Shown here piece after piece: positions 40,510 through 53,508 of a stretch of DNA of 64,000 nucleotides (positions are counted from its first letter, which is position 1; each line of letters opens with the position of its first letter). Source of the stretch: an uncultured Lachnospiraceae bacterium. Its GTDB lineage: Bacteria > Bacillota > Clostridia > Lachnospirales > Lachnospiraceae. The notes beneath the pieces are model-generated. The model was not told the origin of the DNA. It worked only from the letters and a program-made list of their open reading frames with translations, and did no database searches. The translations under genes were made by a program, and so were the position numbers. The stretch spans positions 15,832 through 79,831 of the forward strand of contig CANQPJ010000005.1 of assembly GCA_947625755.1 (NCBI GenBank), given 5' to 3'.

Positions 40510-41691
40510 TTATTTCTTAACTTTCACTCTTTTTACTTTGGACCACTTTCCATATACTTTGTTATTTCCTGATGCCTTGTAAGCTCTTACCTTAATGAAA
40601 TATGTGGTTCTCTTACTTAACCCCTTTAATGTTACCGTTCTTTTGGATGTTTTTTTCTGCATGTATCCCTGGAATTTTTTATTGTCACACCAGCGGATCT
40701 GATAACCTTTTGCTCCGGCAACTTTTTTATATTTTAGGTTAATCTTTCTCTTTTTAACATTTTTCGCTTTTGTAATCTTTACTCTTTTCGGTTTTGACGG
40801 TGTTTGTTTTGGTGATGATGGCGGTGTTGTTGTCTGTGGTTCCTTTGTCGGGTCTCCCGTGTAATATCTTACATAATCCACTTCCATCACAGCATTCCAA
40901 TCCGGAGAAACCGGTGGGTTTCCTCCTGCAAGATTTCCTCCACATGCAACATTGAGCAGAATATAATAATCATCATTTAATACGGAACGTTTGCCTGCGT
41001 ATGGACCGGATGAAACATCACTTGCGCTATATTCTCTCAATAATTTTCTATCAATATAAAATGCAATCGTGTCACCATCCCTATAGCATCCATATGTATG
41101 CCACTGTGTCTTGTCGTACTCCTCTGTAGAGCTGTAGACAAACACATCCTGACCTGACCAGTTTGGATAATGGATTGTGCTCTGCAATGTTCTTCTGGTA
41201 TTAAATGCTTCCATAATATCTATCTCACCATTTGAAGGCCATACCTCTCCATTGGTACCCAGCATCCAAAATGCAGGCCAGATTCCTTGAGCGGATGGAA
41301 TCTTTATTCTGGCTTCCACATATCCTAATCCCACATGAACTAACTTATCGCTTGCAATTCTCGCAGAAGTCCAATTATAATCTCTTCCCATATATGTGGT
41401 AGGTTCATACTTTGCCGTAATTTTCATTGTTCCATTAGACACAGAAACGTTATCCTCTTTGTAGTTTTCCTTTTCATTATTTCCCCAGCCAATAAGATTA
41501 CTTCCACCATAAGCAAACCCGTCGCCTATTTGAGGTGTCCAGTTAGATCTGTTTAATGATGTTCCATTAAACTCGTCCGACCATTTAATCTGCATATTAT
41601 TTGCATTAAGATTATTTGGTGCGGCAAAAACTGTAATTCCCATTGCAAAAGTTGCAATGAAGGAAGCAGCTATCAAAATTATTTTTTTCAT
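40510..41691 (-). CDS. Secreted glycoside hydrolase family 16 (laminarinase/beta-glucanase-like) with a C-terminal basic FN3-like module
   Basis: WSDEFNG, GIWPAFWMLG, catalytic EIDIME, MEVDYVRYY; signal peptide; start 41691 after SD GGAGG. Confidence 0.88.
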   Translation of the reverse strand: MKKIILIAASFIATFAMGITVFAAPNNLNANNMQIKWSDEFNGTSLNRSNWTPQIGDGFAYGGSNLIGWGNNEKENYKEDNVSVSNGTMKITAKYEPTTYMGRDYNWTSARIASDKLVHVGLGYVEARIKIPSAQGIWPAFWMLGTNGEVWPSNGEIDIMEAFNTRRTLQSTIHYPNWSGQDVFVYSSTEEYDKTQWHTYGCYRDGDTIAFYIDRKLLREYSASDVSSGPYAGKRSVLNDDYYILLNVACGGNLAGGNPPVSPDWNAVMEVDYVRYYTGDPTKEPQTTTPPSSPKQTPSKPKRVKITKAKNVKKRKINLKYKKVAGAKGYQIRWCDNKKFQGYMQKKTSKRTVTLKGLSKRTTYFIKVRAYKASGNNKVYGKWSKVKRVKVKK

Positions 41692-41763
41692 AGAATTTTC
41701 CTCCTGCATATTTTTTAACTGAAAAAATTATAGCACACCAAAATTTTTAATAACAGTAGTTGT

Positions 41764-41803
41764 AAAAAAAGATGCACTTTACTAAAATAAATGCACCTTT
41801 TTT
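41764..41803 (-). terminator. Terminator after the ldhA-like gene (end of the V-ATPase transcript)
   Basis: AAAAAAGGUGCA..UGCAUCUUUUUUU on the minus strand. Confidence 0.55.
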
Positions 41804-41812
41804 GACAAAAAT

Positions 41813-42802
41813 TTATTTTACAATATTACTCTCAATGCAATCTCCATTTATATATGATTTCGCATTTTCCATTGTCGTATAGCTAATCGCCTCCAATGCC
41901 TCTTCCGTTAAAAATGCCTGATGGGAAGTAACAATTACATTTGGAAATGATAGTAACCGGGAAGTAATAGATGTCTCTAAAATGTCGTCTTCTCTGTTTT
42001 CAAAAACATTTTCTGTCTCTTCCTCATATACATCCAAACCAACAGCATGGAACTTATGCTCACGGATTCCCTTGATTAAATCATCCGTATCAATCAATGC
42101 TCCTCTTGAAGTATTCACAAGTATTACATTATTTTTCATTTTTTTGATACTTTTAGAATTAATCATATGGTAAGAATCATCTGTCAAAGGACAATGAAGG
42201 GAAATTAAATCACTCTCTTCTAATAATTTGTCCAACTCAACATATTCCACAAAATCTAAATCAGGATTTTGGTACACATCATAGCCAATCACTCTCATTC
42301 CAAAGCCCCGGCATATACGACACATCGCCGCGCCAATTTTGCCTGTTCCTATAATTCCTGCCGTCTTGTGATGAAAATTATATCCGGTTAATCCTACCAG
42401 ACTAAAATTATTCTCTCTGACTTTAATATAAGCCTTATGAACACGTCTGTTACATGCTAATGCAAGTGCCATTGCATGCTCTGCCACAGCTTCCGGTGAG
42501 TACCCCGGAACTCTTAAAATGGTAATTCCATGTTTTTCGCACGCTTTCAAATCGATATTATTAAATCCTGCGCATCTCATTAGGATTAACTTAATTCCAT
42601 TTTCAGCAAGAATCTCTATCACTTTCCTGCTCAAATTCGAGCTGACAAATGCACAAATCGCATCAAATCCTTTTGTATATTTTGCTGTTCTCTCTGAAAC
42701 ATCAGCTTCCACGTATTCTATCTCAATTCCTTCGTACTCCGGTAAAATCTTATCAAAGGATTCTTTATCATACTTCTTCGTATCAAAAAAAAGTATTTTC
42801 AT
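41813..42802 (-). CDS. ldhA: D-isomer-specific 2-hydroxyacid dehydrogenase (D-lactate dehydrogenase-like)
   Basis: MRCAGFNNIDL, VPGYSPEAVAEH, GIIGTGKIG, LVNTSRG, LDVYEEE, TSHQAFLT. Confidence 0.85.
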   Translation of the reverse strand: MKILFFDTKKYDKESFDKILPEYEGIEIEYVEADVSERTAKYTKGFDAICAFVSSNLSRKVIEILAENGIKLILMRCAGFNNIDLKACEKHGITILRVPGYSPEAVAEHAMALALACNRRVHKAYIKVRENNFSLVGLTGYNFHHKTAGIIGTGKIGAAMCRICRGFGMRVIGYDVYQNPDLDFVEYVELDKLLEESDLISLHCPLTDDSYHMINSKSIKKMKNNVILVNTSRGALIDTDDLIKGIREHKFHAVGLDVYEEETENVFENREDDILETSITSRLLSFPNVIVTSHQAFLTEEALEAISYTTMENAKSYINGDCIESNIVK

Positions 42803-42829
42803 AATAACTCCTCCACACTACTTTTTTCA

Positions 42830-43504
42830 CTAGTGAACTTCGCCGGCACCTTCGCTCTTCTTTGCTTTGATGTTCTCTTCAATCATCATATCCTTGACCT
42901 TCATCAGGCGAATCTGTGTGCTGCGTTCATTTTCATCCAGCTTCATTGTTATATACTTTATATTTCCCAAAGCTTCTGGAATTATTACATGTTCCAGCGC
43001 ATTTACTCTTCTTCGTGTTTTTTCGATTTCTGCTGCCATCAGCTGACATGACTTTTCCACTTCTGCCAGTTTTAACATATCTTCAAAAACAGCAGACAAG
43101 GAATATACCGCATCATCTAAATCCCCCGCAGTAAACGCATAACCGTAAGAATAAATATCGTTTCCGCCAATATCGCTATTTGTCGAAAACTGCGGAATAT
43201 CAACGCTCATAACATTTTTTACATCCTGTCGGATTTCCAATGTCTTATTTGTCGCCATAAGTGCAGTGTTTAAGACCTCATCACTCATGCCGGCTCTGGC
43301 TACTGCAAATTCCCTGTTGGCAGCCTTTAAGCCTTTTTCTACCTTTAACCGCAAATCCATATTGACTTTTATCAAATCCATAAACTGACGAACCAGTTCA
43401 TCCCGTTTATCTTTTAACAGCTTATGTCCTCTTGTGGCTGATGTCAGTTTCTTTTTTTGTTTTGTAAGCTCCATTCTCGTTGGATTTACTCTAGTACCTG
43501 CCAT
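42830..43504 (-). CDS. ntpD: V-type ATP synthase subunit D
   Basis: NPTRMEL, RGHKLLKDKRD, EIEKTRRRVNALE. Confidence 0.95.
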   Translation of the reverse strand: MAGTRVNPTRMELTKQKKKLTSATRGHKLLKDKRDELVRQFMDLIKVNMDLRLKVEKGLKAANREFAVARAGMSDEVLNTALMATNKTLEIRQDVKNVMSVDIPQFSTNSDIGGNDIYSYGYAFTAGDLDDAVYSLSAVFEDMLKLAEVEKSCQLMAAEIEKTRRRVNALEHVIIPEALGNIKYITMKLDENERSTQIRLMKVKDMMIEENIKAKKSEGAGEVH

Positions 43505-43533
43505 AATTGACCCCTTCTTTTTGCACTTTTATT

Positions 43534-44904
43534 CTACTTTTTATAATACTTTTCAAGATACTTATCATCGATACGTTTCAGTTCCGACTTTGGCAGCATG
43601 GAGAGAAGTCTCCAGCCAATATCCATTGTTTCTATAATGGAACGGTTCGCATCATATCCCTGTGAAACATATTCCTTTTCAAATTCATCGGCAAATTCCG
43701 CATAAATTAAATCAATATCAGACAATGCGGCTTCACCTAAAATAGTCATTAATTCCTTGGCATCTTTTCCACGGGCATAAGCAGAAAACAACTGGTTCAT
43801 TACGTTGCTGTGATCCTCTCTTGTTTTTCCCTCGCCGATACCTTTATCTTTCAGTCGGGACAGCGATGGTAAAACATCAATTGGAGGTGTCACACCTTTC
43901 CGGTAAAGCTCACGGCTGAGAATAATCTGTCCTTCCGTAATATATCCTGTTAAATCAGGAATCGGATGTGTTTTATCATCCTCCGGCATGGTGAGAATCG
44001 GAATCATTGTAATACTTCCATCCTTACCGCGCTGACGACCGGCACGCTCATATAACGTGGCAAGGTCTGTGTACATATATCCCGGATACCCACGTCTGCC
44101 CGGCACTTCTTTTCTGGCTGCCGACACTTCACGAAGCGCATCTGCATAATTTGTAATATCGGTTATAATTACAAGTACGTGCATTCCTTTTTCAAAAGCA
44201 AGGTACTCTGCCGCAGTCAATGCCATACGGGGAGTCGCAATACGTTCAACCGCCGGATCGTTGGCAAGATTCATAAACATAACCGTTCTGTCGATTGCTC
44301 CGGTTTCTTTAAAACTATTTACAAAATAGTTGGATTCTTCAAATGTGATACCAACAGCTGCAAATACTACCGCAAAAGGATCATCTGTTCCAATTACCTT
44401 TGCCTGTCTTGCAATCTGCGCTGCCAGATTGGCATGCGGCAGACCGGAAGCTGAAAATATAGGCAGCTTCTGTCCTCTTACTAATGTATTTAATCCATCA
44501 ATGGCTGAAATACCGGTCTGAATAAACTCTGACGGATAATTTCTTGCCGCAGGATTCATGGCAATACCATTTATATCTTTTCTTTCATCCGGAAGAATTT
44601 CCGGACCATTATCAATAGGATTTCCCAGACCATCGAAGACACGTCCCAGCATATCCATGGAAACACCTAACTCCATGCTTCGCCCAAGAAACCGAACCTT
44701 ACTGTTAGAAAGGTTAATACCTGTGGAATCTTCAAACAACTGAACCAATGCATTGTTTCCATTGACTTCCAGCACCTTGCAGCGGCGTGTTTCGCCATTT
44801 GCAAGCTCTATCTCACCTAATTCGTCATAAGTTACACCCTCAACATCCCGAACCAGCATTAAGGGACCCGCAACTTCCTGTATGGTTCTATACTCTTTTG
44901 GCAT
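43534..44904 (-). CDS. ntpB: V-type ATP synthase subunit B
   Basis: [45 protein letters not shown]; start ATG 44904. Confidence 0.97.
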   Translation of the reverse strand: MPKEYRTIQEVAGPLMLVRDVEGVTYDELGEIELANGETRRCKVLEVNGNNALVQLFEDSTGINLSNSKVRFLGRSMELGVSMDMLGRVFDGLGNPIDNGPEILPDERKDINGIAMNPAARNYPSEFIQTGISAIDGLNTLVRGQKLPIFSASGLPHANLAAQIARQAKVIGTDDPFAVVFAAVGITFEESNYFVNSFKETGAIDRTVMFMNLANDPAVERIATPRMALTAAEYLAFEKGMHVLVIITDITNYADALREVSAARKEVPGRRGYPGYMYTDLATLYERAGRQRGKDGSITMIPILTMPEDDKTHPIPDLTGYITEGQIILSRELYRKGVTPPIDVLPSLSRLKDKGIGEGKTREDHSNVMNQLFSAYARGKDAKELMTILGEAALSDIDLIYAEFADEFEKEYVSQGYDANRSIIETMDIGWRLLSMLPKSELKRIDDKYLEKYYKK

Positions 44905-44905
44905 A

Positions 44906-46678
44906 TTAGAATTCCTCCTTACTAAATGTATTTGCAATCTCTAAGGATAATTGATGATTGATTTTTGAAAACTCAACATCCAAACTGTCCTCCGGAGTAT
45001 ACTTAAATCTACCTATTGCCTCGCGAACCGGCATCTTAATCAGCGCATCCACGTCTGCGCCTTCCCCGAGGGCCTCTGCTGCCTGCTCATAGAAGCCGAT
45101 AACCAGTTCCATCATCATTTCCTGTTTTTTCAATGACGTATAGGTATCTATTTCATGAAAAGAATTTTGATGCAGGTAATCCTCTCTGATTGAGCGGGCT
45201 GCCTCCATTTTCAATCTGTCCGGAGCTGACAATGCATCCATACCAACCATTTTGACAATTTCTTCCAGTTCTGCTTCTTCCTGAAGGAGGCTCATTAACT
45301 TTTGACGAAGAGTAAGCCAGTTTGGATCAACATTTTTTGTAAACCACGGTCCGATGCTGTCCACATACAAAGAATAACTGGTGAGCCAGTTAATTGCCGG
45401 AAAGTGTCTCTTGTAAGCAAGCGCTGAATCCAATCCCCAGAATACCTTTACTATACGGAGGGTTGCCTGAGATACCGGCTCTGAAATATCACCACCCGGA
45501 GGAGACACGGCTCCAATAACCGAGAGTGCGCCATCTCTTCCTTCTTTTCCTAATGTTACCACGTCGCCTGCACGCTCATAAAACTGTGCCAGACGGCTTC
45601 CCAGATATGCCGGATACCCTTCCTCGCCCGGCATTTCTTCCAAACGTCCGGACATTTCACGAAGTGCCTCTGCCCACCGTGATGTGGAATCTGCCATCAA
45701 TGCCACAGAATATCCCATATCGCGGAAATATTCCGCAATGGTAATACCTGTATAAATAGAAGCCTCTCTGGCTGCTACGGGCATATCGGAAGTATTTGCA
45801 ATCAATACTGTTCTTTCCATCAAAGATTGTCCTGTCTTTGGATCTTTTAATTCAGGAAACTCATTCAGAACATCCGTCATTTCATTTCCACGTTCCCCAC
45901 ATCCAATATATACCACAATATCAGCCTCTGCCCACTTTGCAAGCTGATGCTGAATAACTGTCTTTCCACTGCCAAAAGGTCCGGGTACAGATGCCACTCC
46001 GCCTCTGGCAATAGGGAATAACGTATCCACAACCCTCTGTCCTGTAATTAACGGTTTGTTCGGATTTTTCTTTTCTTTATATGGACGTCCTTTTCTAACC
46101 GGCCACTTCTGCATGAGGGTTATTTCTTTTTCCCCGTCATCCGTCTGAATGACTGCGATTACTTCCGTTACGTCATATGTTCCCGCATCAATTTTGCTGA
46201 CCTGACCTTTTATTCCATATGGAACCATGATTTTCTGGGTGACAACAGAAGTTTCCCTGACCGTTCCAAGAATATCACCTGCTTCGACCATATCGCCCAC
46301 TTTTGCTGTTGGCTCAAACTCCCATTTCAACTCTCTTTTTAAAGACGGAACCTGAACGCCGCGCTTTAGTAAATTTCCTGAAACCTTCATAATATCATCC
46401 AGAGGTCTCTGAATACCATCATAAATACTTCCAATCAATCCCGGTCCCAGTTCAACCGACATGGGTGCCCCCGTGGAAACCACCGGTTCTCCCGGTCCCA
46501 GTCCGGCTGTCTCTTCATAAACCTGAATAGATGCCTGATCTCCGTGCATCTCAATGATTTCGCCAATGAGTTCCCTGTCACTTACACGGACCACGTCAAA
46601 CATATTGGCATCCCGCATTCCATCGGCGATAACCAACGGTCCTGCTACTTTCCTAATTACACCTTTGCTAAATTCCAT
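44906..46678 (-). CDS. ntpA: V-type ATP synthase subunit A
   Basis: Walker [30 protein letters not shown]. Confidence 0.97.
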   Translation of the reverse strand: MEFSKGVIRKVAGPLVIADGMRDANMFDVVRVSDRELIGEIIEMHGDQASIQVYEETAGLGPGEPVVSTGAPMSVELGPGLIGSIYDGIQRPLDDIMKVSGNLLKRGVQVPSLKRELKWEFEPTAKVGDMVEAGDILGTVRETSVVTQKIMVPYGIKGQVSKIDAGTYDVTEVIAVIQTDDGEKEITLMQKWPVRKGRPYKEKKNPNKPLITGQRVVDTLFPIARGGVASVPGPFGSGKTVIQHQLAKWAEADIVVYIGCGERGNEMTDVLNEFPELKDPKTGQSLMERTVLIANTSDMPVAAREASIYTGITIAEYFRDMGYSVALMADSTSRWAEALREMSGRLEEMPGEEGYPAYLGSRLAQFYERAGDVVTLGKEGRDGALSVIGAVSPPGGDISEPVSQATLRIVKVFWGLDSALAYKRHFPAINWLTSYSLYVDSIGPWFTKNVDPNWLTLRQKLMSLLQEEAELEEIVKMVGMDALSAPDRLKMEAARSIREDYLHQNSFHEIDTYTSLKKQEMMMELVIGFYEQAAEALGEGADVDALIKMPVREAIGRFKYTPEDSLDVEFSKINHQLSLEIANTFSKEEF

Positions 46679-46750
46679 GTCCTATCCTTTCCGACTATTC
46701 GTGTTTCACTTTTATCGATTTATAATTTTATTGTTTTTTCATTTCACTGA

Positions 46751-47071
46751 TTATTTATTTCCAAAAACAATATCTGAACCTATTGCCTGTTCTACAAAAT
46801 CTTTTACCCCCTGTACTCCTGCTCCTGTGTTTCCTGACACACCCGGAATAAGTATAATTGCAGGAGTTACCATCTCGTTGTACTGCTCTATTTCTTCCTG
46901 AATCTGTTCTGCCAGAGCCTCTGTAATATATATAATCGGATAGTCTCCAGCTGCTAATTTTTTCAACAGATGGACCGCCTCTGTCCTGTCACCTGCAGGG
47001 TAAACATCAAGCCCTAAAGCGCCAAATCCATATATACTATCGTAATCACCCATTACTGCAACTTTAAGCAT
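46751..47071 (-). CDS. V-type ATP synthase subunit F
   Basis: KVAVMGDYDSIYGFGALG, PAIILIPG, VEQAIGSDI; operon position. Confidence 0.92.
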   Translation of the reverse strand: MLKVAVMGDYDSIYGFGALGLDVYPAGDRTEAVHLLKKLAAGDYPIIYITEALAEQIQEEIEQYNEMVTPAIILIPGVSGNTGAGVQGVKDFVEQAIGSDIVFGNK

Positions 47072-48032
47072 ACATCACCCTTACCCTTTCTTTGATAAAA
47101 TCGTTATCAAATCCATTCAGCTTTCCTGATAATATAATTTTTACCGTTTTTATTTCATTTTCTCTGGCGATAACATACGCCACAATTGGTCCGATAGAAA
47201 ACGAATTATATTTTTCAGGCTTTATATCTTCAATAATTTTATTGTCACACCAGCATTCAAAAACAGATTTTGATTTTTGAAGAGCTTTTACTGCATCTTC
47301 AAATCCGCTGCTTTCCAGATAATCACAGACGCCATCAATTCCATCATCCACTGCCTGCGTAAGCTCCATTACGCTGATTCCCCGGCAGGGAACAAGGCAC
47401 TTGCCTGCAAATTCACTGTTTTTTCCGGTGAATGCACATCTGACAGCTGTCTTAATATCAGCAATCATTACCTGTGAATCTGCATATTTTTTTATCAGCT
47501 TATTTTCTGATTTTTCTCCGGCTGTCTTTATCGCTTCGAGAGCTGCCTTATCAACAATAATATCACACAGCTGACCGCTTCCGGTTTTTAAAAGAATCTC
47601 GGTAGCCTCCCTTGCAGCCGGCGCCATATATTCCGGGAGACTGGTGTATTCGCCCTGTTTTATACAGTTTTTTAAAAATTCTGAATCCAATTTACAGTGA
47701 GAATAAAATACATCCTTTGTCTCATCTTCCGTGCAGACCTGTTTAATTGCTGCCTTCAGATTATGAAACTCGTCTTTGATTGATAGAATATCCACAGCAT
47801 CACTGTCTTCTACCAACTCGTTCAGAACCATTTGTGTCTTTTCCTTCTCCTGGCTTAACATTTCAGAAAGAGGCTGTTCCAAACTTCCATTCCCCCATCC
47901 TCTGTCCCGCAGAAAATTCATACACTCATCATATGTCTGACACTGTAGTAACGACATAATCGTGTCATCATTAAATAAACTGCTTTCCAGTGCTCTTACT
48001 CTAGCAACACCATAAGTATAATCTGATTCCAT
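47064..48032 (-). CDS. ntpC: V-type ATP synthase subunit C (AC39)
   Basis: YGVARVRALE, FSIGPIVAYVIARENEIKTVKIIL; operon position. Confidence 0.92.
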   Translation of the reverse strand: MESDYTYGVARVRALESSLFNDDTIMSLLQCQTYDECMNFLRDRGWGNGSLEQPLSEMLSQEKEKTQMVLNELVEDSDAVDILSIKDEFHNLKAAIKQVCTEDETKDVFYSHCKLDSEFLKNCIKQGEYTSLPEYMAPAAREATEILLKTGSGQLCDIIVDKAALEAIKTAGEKSENKLIKKYADSQVMIADIKTAVRCAFTGKNSEFAGKCLVPCRGISVMELTQAVDDGIDGVCDYLESSGFEDAVKALQKSKSVFECWCDNKIIEDIKPEKYNSFSIGPIVAYVIARENEIKTVKIILSGKLNGFDNDFIKERVRVMYA

Positions 48033-48043
48033 GGTATTACCTC

Positions 48044-48637
48044 CTATCCAAACAACTGCCTGTTCACAATATCTTTTAACCTGTCAATATTTGCATCAAA
48101 TAAAGCCTTCAACTGACAATTTTCTTCTATGTCTCCATAGACCAGTATAAAACCATCGGTGATTTCAGCTCTGTCCGATGAGAGAACAATATGTCCATTA
48201 TTTTTTTCTGCGATGCTCTCTATTTTTTCTTTAAAATCTGAAGGCATTCTTGCAGCATCCTTTTCACTCAAAAACATTGTGCCGGTCTGCGCCTGCACGT
48301 TTCTTTCAAACAGCTTTGCAAGAAAATCAAAATACTCTGCTTCCGGAAGATTTGTAATCTTTTCCTGCGCTTTTTTTATTACTTCCTCAATACTCTGCTG
48401 TTTTGCCTTTAAGATTGCGTTTCTTTCCCTAAACTGGGCGCCCGACCGTGTTTTTTCCTCATAAAGGTCTCTTTTTGCCCGGGCTTTTTTATGAAACTGC
48501 TCTACTTCCTGCTGCACCTTTTCTTTTACATCTGCCATATATTTTTCACAGTAATTGTCTGCTTCCTGTAAAATAATATCTGCCTCTGCTTTTGCACTTG
48601 TCTGGATTTCTTTAATAATATTATCTAATCCACTCAT
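48044..48637 (-). CDS. ntpE: V-type ATP synthase subunit E
   Basis: MSGLDNII, helical stalk, C-terminal GFILVYGDIEENC; operon position. Confidence 0.9.
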   Translation of the reverse strand: MSGLDNIIKEIQTSAKAEADIILQEADNYCEKYMADVKEKVQQEVEQFHKKARAKRDLYEEKTRSGAQFRERNAILKAKQQSIEEVIKKAQEKITNLPEAEYFDFLAKLFERNVQAQTGTMFLSEKDAARMPSDFKEKIESIAEKNNGHIVLSSDRAEITDGFILVYGDIEENCQLKALFDANIDRLKDIVNRQLFG

Positions 48638-48680
48638 ACATTTTTCCTCTACTTTTTTCTAGCATACATCTGATAAAACA

Positions 48681-51184
<2,504 letters not shown>

Positions 51185-51192
51185 AAGACCTC

Positions 51193-51501
51193 CTATGCTA
51201 AAGCATGAATTGCTGCTTCAACTGCTGCATCCATTTTTTTGTCTGATAATGCTTTGAGTTCTGCAACTTTTTCCTCAATCTGCTTTTCCATTTTCAAATC
51301 ATATTCCTTACATTTTTTTACTACTTGGTTCATCTCACGGTCAGCCTCTGCTTTTGCCATCTGCATCTGTTCTGTCCGGTAGTCTGCTTCCTTATTTTTT
51401 ATCTGCGCCTTCTCTCCTTCAGCATTTTCCTTTGCTACGGAAATCTGTCTTTCGGCTTCCATTTCAGCTACACGAACAGCATCTACTGTTTCTTTAATCA
51501 A
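51193..51501 (-). CDS. V-type ATPase peripheral stalk subunit (G/H-type)
   Basis: 102 aa charged coiled coil, first gene of the operon, TTG start after SD AAGG. Confidence 0.75.
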   Translation of the reverse strand: MIKETVDAVRVAEMEAERQISVAKENAEGEKAQIKNKEADYRTEQMQMAKAEADREMNQVVKKCKEYDLKMEKQIEEKVAELKALSDKKMDAAVEAAIHALA

Positions 51502-51669
51502 AATATTACCGCCCTTTCTTAATATGTTTTATACTGTTCTTAAGTTATTCATTACTGTCTGATTTTATTAAACTTCCAATATTTACTAATATACCACATA
51601 ATAAGGTTAATATGTGAAAAAAAATTGAAAATATAGCCTATAAAATAGAATATTAATTTTTATAATATA

Positions 51670-51727
51670 AAAATGTAGCAGACATAATATTTTTATAATT
51701 ACAAAAATATTATGTCTGCTGCATTTT
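51670..51727 (-). terminator. Long hairpin terminator after degV
   Basis: 25-bp arms aaaatgtagcagacataatattttt / aaaaatattatgtctgctgcatttt with one G-U position. Confidence 0.7.
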
Positions 51728-51753
51728 ACTATATTATCGTTATTTTCTTTGGT

Positions 51754-52596
51754 CTAAATTTCAAAAGCCATAATGACTCCCTTTGCTTCTGCATAATAAC
51801 TGCATAATCCACCTGTTGTCGAAACTTCTATCTCTGCATCAGGAAATTTTTCCTTTATAAGAGATGAAATATACTCTGCCCTCTCTTTGTTAAAGCAGTG
51901 GCTTATCATAACTTTTCCACCGTTATATCCACTTGCCGACATATCCTCAACTGCCTTTTTGTAAATTACGTCTTTTCCTCTTAACTTTCTCAATAATTCT
52001 ATTGTTCCCTGCGTACTATTCTGTCCTAATATCTTTATTCCCAAAATTCCGGCAAGTTTTCCGGCTATTGCACTAACCCGTCCGCTTTTTACTAAATTTT
52101 CCATGGATTCTAGGATAAAATATGTTTTAATTCGTTTACAATATTCATCTATCCCACTAACAATATCCTCAAAAGACATATTTTTCTGAATATATTCCTG
52201 TATTTTTCTTACAATAATTGCAGGACCTGTGCCTGCCGACTTGGAATCAAATACATGAATTTTTTTATCCGGATATTTTTCTAATATCATCTGTCTGCCC
52301 ACTATGGCACTACTATATGTTCCGGACAACCCGCTCGTAATTGTTACAGCAAATATTTCATCTGCCTTTTTGTAAGCATTATACCATTCTTCAGGGCTGG
52401 GAGCAGCCGTTCCGGTGGCTTCCGCACACTCACTCATTTTTCTCATAAAAGATACAAGATCCAGATTATCATCATCTATATATTCATCTTCACCCACTCT
52501 TAATTTCAGCGGAACCTTTTCCATATATATTTGGTTTTCAAAATCCCCATTTATAAATATATCACAACTGGAATCCATTATTATTGCACGTTTCAT
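51754..52596 (-). CDS. DegV family fatty-acid-binding protein
   Basis: IIMDSSCD, TAAPSP, TITSGLSGTYSSA, VFDSKSA, LVKSGRV. Confidence 0.9.
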   Translation of the reverse strand: MKRAIIMDSSCDIFINGDFENQIYMEKVPLKLRVGEDEYIDDDNLDLVSFMRKMSECAEATGTAAPSPEEWYNAYKKADEIFAVTITSGLSGTYSSAIVGRQMILEKYPDKKIHVFDSKSAGTGPAIIVRKIQEYIQKNMSFEDIVSGIDEYCKRIKTYFILESMENLVKSGRVSAIAGKLAGILGIKILGQNSTQGTIELLRKLRGKDVIYKKAVEDMSASGYNGGKVMISHCFNKERAEYISSLIKEKFPDAEIEVSTTGGLCSYYAEAKGVIMAFEI

Positions 52597-52636
52597 TTTT
52601 CCTCCTCGCAGGCATATACACCTTTTCCTTTTATTA

Positions 52637-52657
52637 ATGTAGTATTTATTACTACAT
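52637..52657. promoter_or_regulatory. Palindrome in the divergent degV/tetR intergenic region (candidate TetR operator)
   Basis: ATGTAGTA-tttat-TACTACAT. Confidence 0.5.
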
Positions 52658-52730
52658 ACTATTGTATCATTTACTTTATTGTGCTACAATTTACAGAAAT
52701 AGCATATATGTAAACTTTTGAAAGGATTTT

Positions 52731-53282
52731 ATGATGCAAAAATTTTCTATCAGTAATTTTACTAAAAGAAATAAGTTTTCCCGAATGTGTATGGGCGAAG
52801 CCGTTACTGCTCTTATGAAAGAAAAAACTTTTGATAAAATTAAGATAATGGATATTACACGTAAGGCAGGTGTCTCCCGAATGACTTTTTACAAATATTA
52901 TCATTCTAAAGAAGAAGTCGTAGAAGGTTATTTACAGGAAATAATTTCCGGTTATATTGAAGAATTTGGAGATAATTTTTCAGAGGACTACCCTAATTAT
53001 AACAATACCGTCACTGCATTAAATTACTTTGATAAATTTGCAGACTTTTTCCTTGTAGTTGCACATGCCGGACTATATAACCTTCTAATTGATGCAATAA
53101 ATTTTTATATGGAAGAAATCATTATTCCACGTTATAATATTTCCCCATATAAAATATATTATTACGCCGGTGCGCTTCTGAATATTTTTATTAAATGGGA
53201 AGAATCAGGAAAAAATGAAGATGCATCAGAAATTGCAAAGAATATCTTTGTCATAGATGAGTCTCACCGTATGCACATGTAA
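52731..53282 (+). CDS. TetR/AcrR family transcriptional regulator
   Basis: N-terminal HTH FDKIKIMDITRKAGVSRMTFYKYYHSKEE. Confidence 0.9.
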   Translation: MMQKFSISNFTKRNKFSRMCMGEAVTALMKEKTFDKIKIMDITRKAGVSRMTFYKYYHSKEEVVEGYLQEIISGYIEEFGDNFSEDYPNYNNTVTALNYFDKFADFFLVVAHAGLYNLLIDAINFYMEEIIIPRYNISPYKIYYYAGALLNIFIKWEESGKNEDASEIAKNIFVIDESHRMHM

Positions 53283-53314
53283 ATTTTGATTCTCCCCATT
53301 TTATGGAATTTTAA

Positions 53315-53434
53315 TTACTTTAATACCAGCTTCCAGTTTTCATAGTTTTGTTCATAATAAAATTCACTTAAATTTTCATCCCCCTGATAAATCATGCACA
53401 TATTAATCAGAGTGACCGTTTCTGTTCTGTTCAT
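53315..53434 (-). pseudogene. 8-oxo-dGTP diphosphatase (MutT/MutX-like) remnant, Nudix core deleted in frame
   Basis: SD AGGAAGG + MNRTETVTLINMCMIYQGDE|NLSEFYYEQNYENWKLVLK*; both ends resemble the N- and C-termini of Firmicute MutX-like proteins; Nudix box absent. Confidence 0.7.
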
Positions 53435-53508
53435 TTTTAATTCCTTCCTATTGATTTTGTTCTTTTACACTTACGATTATTTCTTTTTTCATATCATTAC
53501 TCTGTACT

